From: Prorocentrum cordatum | Lineage: Eukaryota | DNA: 64,000 nt | Assembly (NCBI GenBank): GCA_963575745.1 | Contig: CAUYUJ010000159.1 | Location: forward strand, 496,001-560,000 | Direction: 5' to 3' | In this document: positions 23,611 through 44,226 of the stretch, piece by piece | How positions within the stretch are numbered: position 1 is the stretch's first letter | Layout: each line of letters begins with the position of its first letter | The notes under the pieces: model-generated | What the model was told of the DNA's origin: nothing | Seen by the model: the letters and a program-made list of their open reading frames with translations, nothing else | Databases searched by the model: none | Program-made: the position numbers and the translations under genes

Positions 23611-23789
23611 TTTTTGAGGACGTCTCTGCTTTGAATTCCCTCGGCCGGAGTTAGCTTCTATCACAACAGCACCCCGTTCAGCAAGCTCTTTGGGGAAATA
23701 ATAAACCAAATCGCCCCCCCAGCTCGAATTTTTAATTCTGGATTCTTAACTTCAAATTTACAATGTCCCGGTAAGAAATAAAAAACCAA

Positions 23790-24170
23790 GTCGGCCCCCC
23801 CTCCCTGGCTCGATTATTATCATTCCGGAATAACAGACCCAAGTTTAGAATGTCCAGGGAATAACAAACCAGGGTCGATATTCGAACATACAAATTCTTA
23901 CCCTGGTGACAGGGGGTTGGGGGGAAAATAACCAATAGTATCATTCCAACATAACAAACCTAATTCATTGTCTTGGGGTTCCGGAGCTGGGGCCCCGAAA
24001 ACATTATAAACCGAAATTCGTAATGTTCCAAGGGAACATTATGAACCCCAGTGAATATTCCAGGAACGTTATAAACCCAGGCCGGCAATGTTCCAGGGGG
24101 AACATGATGAACCCCAGTTAATATGCCCAGAACATCATAAGCCCAGGTTGATATTTGGGGCCCATCCTGA
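23790..24170. repeat. Degenerate ~30-bp repeat (ttccaggaacattataaaccc-like)
   Basis: Recurrent units; similar units occur at 20460-20520. Confidence 0.5.
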
Positions 24171-25039
24171 GTCTGGGAATGCAAAACTACCTGCTTTCAA
24201 CGACCGATGGGTATGCCGTTTTCTCGCTTTCGACCCTCATCCCCCGACCTGGCTAGGCAGCACAGACTGCCGAGAGAGCGCGGCGCTGGCAGGACTGCCT
24301 GCGGCCGTCGAACTTCGACGCAAGGGTAGGGCCCAGCCCGTGGCGACGAGACGCATCCCCGAAGCCCAAGCGCCAACAGCCGAAGGGGACCGTTATTGGA
24401 GGCTTGGAAAGGAACACCAGCACCAAAGCAAAGAATTGGCTCCACCGTGGGAAATTGATCCTAGATTTTGGTTCCGGCTATCTAGAAGCCCGAATATTAC
24501 CACCATCACCGAGATCTAGGTCATCTTCCCTCGGTGGAGGCACACCGCCGATATTGGCGTTGGTGTCAACCTCTAGGCATGCGAACGCGTTCGGGGGGGA
24601 CCACTCAGGTACGGCACGTAAATGTCGTGCCGACTACGGCGTTGGTTTCTGACACCGCGGAGGTCGTTCAACCTTGAACGATCGGCCGTTTCCGAAACGT
24701 CAGGCCATTAACCATAGACCGATGCTGGTTCGCCCGCGGCATGACGTTGAACACCGGCAGCGGGGTCGCCGCCGGTCGACACGACGCGAACCTGCTGTGG
24801 GGAGGGAAAACATCGAGCTGGAGTCTGAGTCGGCGACAAATCGCTGATAGATCAGCGATGGATCGGCGATTTGGGGGTTGATGCATCCCCCCCTGAGCGT
24901 ATTCCTTCCAGCGTTGGCCCCGAGGGCCCGAAGAGGAGCGCCAATAAGGCCAGACCAGTTTGCTGTTTTTCATTACGAGATCCGTGGAGGTCCTGACCCT
25001 TTCCCCACTACTGGTGTTGTTCCTTTGTAGGCGGGGCGC

Positions 25040-25950
25040 CGCGTGCGAGGAGTGCCCGGATGTCTCCGCGCAAGAGCGCAATCTGCGACTCGGCCTTCTC
25101 CAAAGCATGCAGCGCTTGACAGGTATCAAGCTGATGCCTGACGCTGGCAGCAAGACCTTTACTCCCACTCGAAATCAGGCGATGTAGCGTCTTGGCCGGT
25201 CCAGACTCCTTCTGCGCTGAGTCTTCGGTAACTACATTGGTTACCTGACAGTCTGAACAAGCCCTCCCGGATTCGCAAGTGGTTAGATGGAGTGATCACC
25301 AACGCGAGTTCGGCCTCCTCACGCTTTGTGGACAGCCCTTTCCAAATTTTCACGAGCAGCGGCCCTTGCGCTACACGAGATGATAAAATAACATCGTTGC
25401 TGCAAACTCCCGTCAATCTGGCGCACATGGCGCCAGCTTCCTAGCCCCAACTCCGCTTTCTAGCAGAATGCAATCAGATCCAAAGGAGGTCAGCTTTTCT
25501 GGGCCAACCTCAGCTCGATATTTGCCGACTGAGATGATACTGCGATATGACCTTCTGCATAAAAAACAGCCAAATATTCCCATGAGCCCGTGAAGTATGA
25601 CGGCACGTGGGAATGGGACACACAAGATCCGCTGCTGCTCGAAGCACTGACACAACCGTCGCCATCAAAGGAACCTGATAAATACTCCAGTTCGTCCTGT
25701 GCCAATGCTTTCCGACATGCACGCGCACGGAGTGAAGCCAAAAGCAACTCGTACGCCACGCCATCTGCAATGAAATGTTCAACCGGTGGCCACGTTAAGC
25801 TACGCAAGAAGCTTTGTAGACGACGATTGCGCCGCTCCAAACGCACAAGCAAATCCGATTATGACGCTGTACGTAGGCGTCGGTCGGACAAAACTCTCCT
25901 GAATGGATAACGCCCGCTGGACCTGCGCAGTGTAGCCATCGTAGAGCGTT
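25040..25950 (-). pseudogene. LAGLIDADG homing-endonuclease-like retro-pseudogene
   Basis: ELEYLSGSFDGDGCV (~25650-25695) and WEYLAVFYAEGHI (~25545-25583) match LAGLIDADG helices; KREEAELAL follows. Frameshifts and stops; no introns seen. Confidence 0.75.
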
Positions 25951-26027
25951 GCTGGTACTAGATTCGTTTTCTGACTCGATGACGTGAACGAATCTCCTTG
26001 GGCCGCGGGTGGCACGAGCCGAAGTTG

Positions 26028-26049
26028 CTTGAGTCAAAATGGCTACGGG
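26028..26049 (-). other. Dinoflagellate spliced-leader relic
   Basis: Minus strand CCGTAGCCATTTTGACTCAAG versus DinoSL DCCGTAGCCATTTTGGCTCAAG: 20/21 identity. Confidence 0.92.
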
Positions 26050-26427
26050 TTTCGCCAGGTCTTTGCTTCTTTTAACTCTGGGACCCTGTTATGTGACAGC
26101 CGCGAGGTCCGGCGGAGGCCCCTGAAGGCTGACAGCGACGAGAACACACCGCCATGCCTTGTTCAAAACGCCTGCACCTCCACCGACCGGGGAGACGTAA
26201 GGCTCGGGCTCGGGAGACTCGGCTTGGCCCGCCGGGGCTGTCAGGAAAACGACGAGGCCAAGTCCGATAACTGACGCGAGCTCCCGCCGCACCTTTGAAG
26301 ACTGGGTCGTCGTCAAGATCCAAGACGGGCCCGTCTACATGCTTGGGCAAACCCGAGCGAGCTCCAGCGAACTAGAGTCTTTAGAGGCCTCCGACATGGG
26401 GACCGAGGAGATAGGGTCGAAGGATCG

Positions 26428-26555
26428 CGCCGCATCGGCGATGCATCGCCGATGTATCGGCGATGCGTCGTCGACGTCGGCGATGCATCGGCAACGTCGG
26501 CGCGTTGAAGATATGGCTACACATCGAGCCGCATCGGCGATGCATCTGCGATGCG
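26428..26555. repeat. Cluster of palindromic CATCGGCGATG units
   Basis: gcatcggcgatgcatcgccgatg and variants repeated about five times. Confidence 0.7.
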
Positions 26556-27334
26556 GCGGAATCCTCCGACCCCATCTACTCCGACCCCATCTGGGAGGCA
26601 TCGAGTCTTGTCCCCCCGAACCCAGACCCCGACGCCATGATCATGTCATTGCGTCGACCCAGGTCTCGACCCGTTCCGCTGGACCAGCTCTTCACCCCGA
26701 GTCGTTCCTTAAGGGTCCCGAGGCCCTGCATGGGCCTCCCAGAGGCCGAAATCGAATCGCATCGGGCCGACTGGAGTCGACACCGAATCGGACCGGGCCC
26801 CCGCGCTGCGCTCCTTCCCACCTCCGCTGCAAGCTGCGGCCGCCAAAGGCAGGCCGCCCGCCGCCCGCACTCCGCGATCGATCCGAGCCTCCGAGCCTCC
26901 GAGCCGCGGTCGGGCACCGCCCTCGCGCGCCCTGGGACAGAATGCGCCCGCGGCTGCTCCCGGCCTCTGGCCCCAGCCCGCCCCGGCTCGAGGGAAGGAG
27001 GAGGAGGAGGCGGACTCGCTTAATGTATGGCCAACTTCAGAAGAAGGAGGAGGAAGAGGAGGAGGAGGAGGAGGAGGAGGAGGACGAGAAGGAAGAGGAG
27101 GAGGAGGGGGAGGAGGAGGGGGAGGAGGAGGAGGTGGGCAGCGTTTAACCGACCCCTGTCCCCATGGGCGTGGCCTGGGTCCCACTGGCAGATTTATCCC
27201 CCCTGGATGGGGATGTAGGCCGCTCCCTTCGGGCTTCGATCGAGGGGTAATTACATCCCCGACTGGGGTGCTGAGCTGGTGCGAGTCGGTTCAACGCTAC
27301 CGAAAGGCCGAGGCGGCGGCCTGGCCTGGCGGGC

Positions 27335-37295
<9,961 letters not shown>

Positions 37296-37568
37296 CCGCT
37301 CGCTGGATCCTTACTCTCAAGGTTGGCTGCGGACTGTCAGCCAGAACTCATGCTGATGCGATATGTGTGCGTGTGTGCTCCGTGAGGCCCCTGCCGCGCG
37401 CCACGGGTCCGTTACTGACTGACTACGCTGCGTCGCTGCGCGCGCGGCCGCGACGCCAAAAGAATGTGCGCCCCGTTTGAAGACCTGGTGCGCAATCCAC
37501 CCTCGGGGTGGTGTCTGTCTCGCAATGTCTGGCACTGCTGCGGGGGAGAAGTATGCTCACAACATCAT

Positions 37569-39128
37569 TCACCCACATCGTCGTCTTCCATTCCCATTCC
37601 CGCCCACCTTTTTCTTTGCCGAACGCAGCGGCAGCGGGACCTCCCTCGCCCTGTCTGGCCTGTCCACGATCTCGAACGGAATCCTGCGCAGCGGGATGCC
37701 GTGCGCGATGAGGTGATGCTGCAGCAGGCAGCCGATGCTGCCGAAACCGCAGCGCCAGCAGTGGCCGATCCCAGGGTAGTCGCAGACCTTGCCCGCGGAC
37801 GCCCGCTCGTGATCAGCGCGCGTCAGGCAGCGGAACCTATATCCAGAGGCTTGCAAATCCTGGTACGCCTTAGCATACACGTCGAAGAACCTTCGCGGGA
37901 CCAGCGCGAACAGGTCGGACAGCTCCAGGTGCTGCGCGTAGGAGGCGTGGACGTGGTCCTTCGAGAAGGCCCGTAGGTCGCCGAGGGGAAACCTCCACAC
38001 CAGGTCTGGCCGCGCCCACAGCACGAAGTCGAATTCGGTGCCGTACGCGTGCTCGTGGGCGGCAATCTGGCTCGCGCACATCTGCTTGCGGAGGGAAAGA
38101 AAACGATGACCACAACCAAGATTGAAGGATAAAACCTCAACGATTCGTGGACCATCCTCGCGAATCGGCGACGGCCGGCATACGTAGACCATGACCGAGA
38201 CCAGCGTCGGCAAGACCCCGCGACATCTGGGTCATGGTCAGCGGGTTTCTTCCCTCGAGCTTGCCCCTGGCTTGCACGGGGGCGGCGATGTTGTCCCAGA
38301 AGCAGTCCGAGTAGGCCAGCCCCGGCGAGAGGGCTGGCCAGCAGCAGCCCGGCTCCAGAACGATGGACGCCGTGAGGCCGCGGCCGATGGCCTCCATGGC
38401 GGGAACGAGCTCCGCGAGCCCGAAGCTCCGCACCTCGTTGCGCTCGCACCAAGTGCACGTGTCGGACGTCGAGTTGAGCACGTAGAAGACCCGCGTGAGG
38501 CTGGCGGCCGCCGGGAGCACGAGGTTGCGCCGGATGGACTCGTGCACCTCCGGGCGGGTGAAGGTGCGCACGCCGCCCTGGATGCAGACGGCCAGCGCGG
38601 GACGCGGGCGCGGCCAGAGCGGGGTGGGTGCCGTGTGGGCCCGCCACGCCAGCGCGACGTCCGCAAACGACGCGGTGCACTCCGCGGGGGTGGGGGGCGG
38701 CAGCGAGGCCAGGGCCCTCGTCAGGCCGAGGCTCCTGCCCAGGAAGGTCCACAGCAGGGCGGAGCAGAGGAAGTGGCCCGCGCGCCCCTCGCTCAGGTTC
38801 GCGCGCCGCCGCCACCAGTGGACGTCGCGGCGGGTCCGCGTCATACCCCGCATGTCCTGGAGCTCGTGCAGGCAGAGCGCGATGGGTGCGCAGAAGTCGA
38901 GCCCGCCTCGCAGGTGCCACACCTCGTCCTTCGCGGTCACCTCTTCCACTGCCGACCGGTGCTCCGCGTGGCTCGAAGCACGGGCTAGGAAGGAGCCTGC
39001 GTCAAACCACAGGGTGACCAGCGCATACTCGAAGAGTCCGCCATGCGTCCCTTCGTCCGCGCAGTCCCAGTGGAGGTGGATCCTCTTCTCGGAGGGCGGC
39101 CCAAACTCAAAGGCGGGGACGCCATCGC
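37569..39128 (-). CDS. 3' exons of a putative glycosyltransferase-like protein (AVCxxGxxRTF...RPD family)
   Basis: Exon 39128-~38260 (LAVCIQGGVRTF...RVFYVL) and exon ~38084-37569 (MCASQIAAHE...FDFVLWARPDLVW...DLFALVPR). The donor position is ambiguous (38271 GC or 38253 GG). Confidence 0.7.
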
Positions 39129-39759
39129 CTGCCAGAGCCCCAAATCATTACGTCGAAACCGACCTCGGCCGGGACACCAATCCTGGGCCAGGGATCGGGG
39201 CATCCGCCTTCCTGGCGAGGCCTGGGCGGTGTGATTACACTCCGACCCTGGGCCCGGAAACTGGTGCACCAAGGCCAGGAAACTCCAGCGCCGGTGCACA
39301 ATCCCCGAGATCGAGGCGCCGTGGACAAAATCTGCAACGCCGTGGAAAACTGGCCGCCGAGAGGCTCCCGGCCCCACCCTTCTGCAGCGCGCGCCTCGGG
39401 CCAGATCGACCCGCGGAGGGCCCCGGCTGCAGGCCGGCCCGAAGCGGGGCGAGCACGCCCGAGGATGTGTTTTTTTTTCAAACCATCCTGTGGTGTTCGG
39501 TCCTCGATTTGAAGAGACAGCGCCAAACGTACGTACTTTTCCTCCTCCTCCTCCTCCTCCTCCTCCTCCTCCTCCTCCTCCCTCCGTAGCCTGTTTCCCA
39601 TGGGAAAAAAGTGGATACCGCTAGTCCGCGGCCAGACCCCCGTCACCTCCGCCAGGTCCGCCCCTGGTGTGGAGAACGGTGCCAGAGCACCGTTCCGCTT
39701 TGCTCGCTCCCCTCTCGGCTCGGGGAGAACTTCAGTAGCGGGTCCCGACGCGATGGTGC

Positions 39760-42400
39760 TTGCAAGTGGACGTACAGGTTCTGTACGCATCCGACGACTG
39801 GGAAGCCGTGGTGGAACGAAGCTCCGATGTCCTCATGAGGGAGTGCGGAAGGCGCAGAGGTATCGCTTTCGGCGCCAACGTCGAGCCGCCCGCGCCCTCG
39901 GTCTCGAAGGCCCGCCAGCGCGGCGCCGAGACCTTCCCGTGGCGCATCATGGAGGCAAGGAGCAAGGGCAGCAAGGACGAGACCATCGCGAAGCTGCAGC
40001 GCCAGGTGCAGCTGCTCGAGGCGGGCAAAGCCGCAGGCGGCGCGATGGCTGCGGAGGGCACAGGTGCTGCGCACGACGGCCACAGCGGCGGCACGGAGTT
40101 CGACAAGCTCAGTGACGGCGAGCTGCGGGTGCGCATCAGGAAGTATGAGGAGACGGCGCGGCAGCACGAGAAGATGGACATCGAGTGCGACTTTGCCTGG
40201 CGCGCGACGGCATTGGAGGATGTGCGCTGCAAGGTCGCCGAAGCCAAGAGGCGCCTCGTTGTCAGCAAGCCCTCCTCTGCGTTTGTCCAGGATGTCGTGG
40301 AGAAGCAGCGCCGCCTCGATACCGCCATCGCCGAGCAGGCGGCCCGCCTCAAGCGGCGCGAGGAGCGCATCGCCACGGCGATCAGGCTGCGGGACGAGGC
40401 GGCGGAGGCGCTGGCGAAGCAGCAGACGGAGCGGCTGGAGCTGACGGCCGAGCTGCACTCGCTGGCCACAACGCAGGCGACGGCCCCGTCGGACGCGACG
40501 GTGACGCCGTCGGCGGCATTCGAGGCCGACCCTGCCAAGCTCGCCGCCCTGCTGCTGGACCTCGGCATGGGGCAGGCGGCGGCCGCCGCATTCGCGCCAC
40601 AGGTCGTCGCACGGCGGGGGCAGTGCATCAGGGTCGCGGCGGCCGCCGCGGCGCCCGGCAAGCCTGCGGGCGACCCTGGCGGCGGAGCGGCCGGCGATGC
40701 GGCCGCGCCACCGGCGGGGCCTGGCCAGCCCGCGCGCCAGAGCAGCCCCTGCCCCACGATGGCCCCATGGTGGCGCTGGTGGCGGCGCCGCGCCTGACGT
40801 CAGCACGATGTCCGTCGACGAGCTGGACGCGGAGCTGGACGCGGCGGGCGCCGCTGCTCAGGCCGGCGGCAACGTTGATGCTAAGCTGGCTGCCGTCCGC
40901 GCCATCCGCAGCCAGCAGCCCGCAGCTGGGCCGTGCTGACAGCGCGGTCGCCACGACGATAAGCGACTGCATGAAGGACGGGGACGGGGTGCCCGGTCGG
41001 CGGAGGCGCTGGTGCAGGAGCTGCACTGCACGGCGAAATGATCCGAATCATGGAGGAAAATGGCGCGCGGCCGAAGGCGGTGGTCGGGCGCCCAGGCGAG
41101 GAGGGCGGCGCAGGTGGCCGCGTTGGCCAGCGCCCCGAGGCCGCGGCGGCGGCGCTGGGGGCTCTCAATGGCGAGCGCGGCGCGGACGTCGCGCGCGAGG
41201 CCGCGCCGCAGGAGCACCCGCAGGCCGCCGCCGGGGCCGCGGAGGAGGCCGTCTGGGCCGCCGGCCGCGCTGAGGGGCGGCAAAGGGGGCCGCCGGGCCC
41301 GCCGCCGGGGCCGCCAGGGGGGGCCCTGGGCGGCCCAGGAAGAGGAGGTACTTTGCTCTCCTTATATACCTCCGGCTTTGCTGGCGCAGCTGGGCTCGCG
41401 GCGGTGTCGGAGGTGCCCTTCGACCCGAACGGCAGCGGGCGGCGCGGCCTGGGGGGGCCAGTCCCGCTGGGAGCGCCCCCCCAAGGCACGCGATGTGGGT
41501 CAGGCAGTTGCGGCGCAACCTGCGATAAATTGCCCCTGGGGGCGTCGGCGGCCAGCGGCGGCGATCGAGCCGGCGCTGGCGAGCAGCGCGCTGGCCTGAG
41601 GGCCGACCGACTCGTCGACCTGGGGTCCCGGGCAGGGACCAGTAGCTCTGCGCCTAGCCAGCCCACCATATGTAATCGCAGGGCAGGTCCGTTGGCGACT
41701 AGCGCCACGCTGCCGCGGGCACTTCAGGATGAACAGGCGAAAGGTGAGAGCGCGAGGCCCCCCTCGCTCGCGGCCCCCCGCCCGCGAGCGCCCGAGGACG
41801 GGCGCGCGCGGGCTGCAGGGCGGCGCGCCGCGGAAGGAGGCGCGCGGGACGCCGTGCATGTGCGCGAGGAGGCTGCAGGCGCGGCGGAGGTGGCGCAAGC
41901 TGCTGCGGACGCCGCTGCAGGACAGGAGGCCGTCCGTCGGCCCGCGCGGGCGCGCGGCCTGATAACGGCGGCCATCGGCGACAACGCGGCGCCGCTGAGG
42001 AACCTGCTCGTGGCGACGTGCGACGGGCGCTTCGTGGCGGCCGCGCAGGAGCACCGCGCGACGGCGAAGCGGCTGCGACCTGCAGGACTTGGGTTGGCGC
42101 GGGGTGTTGGCGGCCGTGGAGAGGGCCGGGCGCGGCGGCACAAGCGGTGGAGTGGCGGTCCTGGCCCGCAGCGACGTCGGGGCCCGTGCCGCGCCCGCGC
42201 CGAGCGGCGGCTGGAAGCGCGGGCAGACGGGCGCCCCGGCGCCTGGCAGGCCGGTGGCAGCGCACCTGGCCGGGGGCCCGCCCGGCGGAATGGTGGTCGC
42301 GAGCGCGTGCCTGGTCTCAGCGGTCGGCCCGGAGGACCCTGCCAACCTCGCCCTGCTGCACACGCTGGCGCTCTACCTCGCGGAGCTGTAGAGGCGCCCA
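39760..42400 (+). mobile_element. LINE B, 5' part: ORF1 (39760-40797) and N-terminal half of the APE endonuclease, degenerate
   Basis: Coiled-coil-like ORF1; endonuclease motifs AAQEHR, GGTSGGVAVLAR, GGMVVASACL...NLALLHTLALYL. Confidence 0.65.
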
Positions 42401-42489
42401 GCAAGGAATATTGTTGCGCGGCGGGCCTTTTTAAGAGGGCCGGTGGTTTCGCCGCGGTTGCGTCGCGGTGGCCCCGCGGGCGCAGTGGT

Positions 42490-42860
42490 TATGCAACGTC
42501 GGCGGTCGTGCTTCGCATCTCGCTCCTCGCGATCCCGCTTGATCCACGCGGCGCAAAACCACCTCCTCATGGCGCCGGGTTCCACGGGCGCCCTCGAATA
42601 CTTTGACGCCGTCAGCAGGCCTTCTTTAGCCTTGCACTGCCATAGGTCCCCGCTTCCAGCGCCGCCCTGCTTGGCCTTGACCTGCTCGCTGCAATCTCCC
42701 GCCGCGTTGCCTGACACGCGCCACTTGGCCCCGTCGGGCCACCGATGCTCGAGCTCGTCGCTCTCGCCGCTATCGTCGGCGTTCGTCGGCGTGCCGTATT
42801 CTGGCGCAGCCCTCTTCTTCGGCGGGCCCTTCGCGCGGTCAGCCGCCTCGCGCCCCCCGC
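42490..42860 (-). pseudogene. Fragment paralogous to the 2028-4138 gene
   Basis: APEYGTP...HRWPDGAKWRVSG...KQGGAGSGDLWQ...LLTASKYSR aligns with APEYSLP...AKFKDGTEHAIPG...KQRKGSGILLE...LQLSKWSR. Confidence 0.6.
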
Positions 42861-43740
42861 TGCAATGAGGGGGGCGCGGCGGCGGTGGCGGCGGGTGGGG
42901 GGGGGGGGCGGGGTCAAAGGCAGCGGCAGCGGCGGCGACGATGTCGGGGTTGCAAGGCGACTGAGCGGAGTGGAGCGGGCGGCGCGATGGCGAAGGCGGC
43001 GGCGCGCTCACCACTGCGATATCTATGCGACTGTTACACCTGCTCTCAAGCCCACCCACGGCCCACGCAGAGGCCCCCCCTCGCCCACGGCAGGCATCGC
43101 CGCCATGCGCATGCGCCCCCCCCCGCCGGTGATCCGCAGTCCCAGTGGCACTGCCGCTCGTCATGGGCGACAGCAGCCGTTGCTTTCGCATCCTGGCGGG
43201 CGCCGTGGCGCGGGGCGGTGGGGGCGCGAGACCGATCGGTGCATTCGACCGACGACTGCGCTTCTACGCAATTTCAGCGCGTTGGAATTGCGTAGAAGTT
43301 ACGGCACACCACTCTGCACTAGCATCAAGTATGCTACTCTGATCCGCCCCCCGAATGCTCTGCACAGTCGCGCGTCGCGACCGCTGCCCCTGCGGCGCTG
43401 CCTCTCGCCGCCTCTGGGAAGTGATCCGCCGGCCAGTCGCGCGGATCGCGGTCCCTGGGAACGGCGCGGTGGGGAGGGGCGCTCACCCTGCTATCCCTCG
43501 TCCTGTAATCCCTCCTCATCCTGCTATCCTCCATCCTGCAATTCATCATCCTGCTATCTGCGACCCCTCCTCATCCTGCCTTATCCTGCGGGATCCTCGC
43601 CCTGCCCCCCCCGTCCTGCGATCCATCCTCGAACGATCTGCAAAGCGAAACGGCGTTCTCGCTCCGATAGCAGCCTGGCCCACCGCGCGCAGCATCGCCC
43701 TGATCGAACGCCCCCTCACTAGGTGGCCCGATGCTACGCC

Positions 43741-43765
43741 TCTCTATCTCACTCTCTCTCTCTCA

Positions 43766-43819
<54 letters not shown>

Positions 43820-43926
43820 CTCTCTCTCTCTCGCGCCCTCTCTCTATATCTCTGTCTATTATCTCTCTTTCTTTCTCTCTCTCTCTCTCTCTTCCTCGCT
43901 CTCTCTCTCTCTCTCTCTCCTCTCTC

Positions 43927-43961
<35 letters not shown>

Positions 43962-43980
43962 GCGCTCTCTTCGTTTTTTT

Positions 43981-44014
<34 letters not shown>

Positions 44015-44086
44015 TCCCTCTCGTCCTCGACCTCCCATTGCATTGTTTTTCTTTTCTCTCTTCTCTCTCTCTCTCTCTCTCTCTCT

Positions 44087-44139
<53 letters not shown>

Positions 44140-44154
44140 GCTCTCTCTCTCTCC

Positions 44155-44219
<65 letters not shown>

Positions 44220-44226
44220 TCTCTCT
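43741..44226. repeat. (TC)n microsatellite with a (TA)n run
   Basis: Direct inspection. Confidence 0.97.

Larger units (their letters stand above)
20587..23696. mobile_element. Putative satellite-filled non-autonomous element with imperfect terminal inverted repeats
   Basis: Left end tccccaaacag...ggggt versus reverse complement of right end tccccaaagag...ggggt, with the same spacing. Contains a ~275-bp direct repeat (20613-20886 / 22356-22629) and two satellites. Confidence 0.45.

Noticed and set aside
24180..24960. Coding remnant
   Set aside because: No recognisable motif in any frame.
26072..26350. Independent small gene or exon
   Set aside because: Several frames are open and no motif or splice phase can be fixed.
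37310..37335. Possible SL relic (tccgcagccaacc) upstream of the 37295 ATG; similar partial matches near 26342 and 39584
   Set aside because: Only 8-10 nt match, which is expected by chance.
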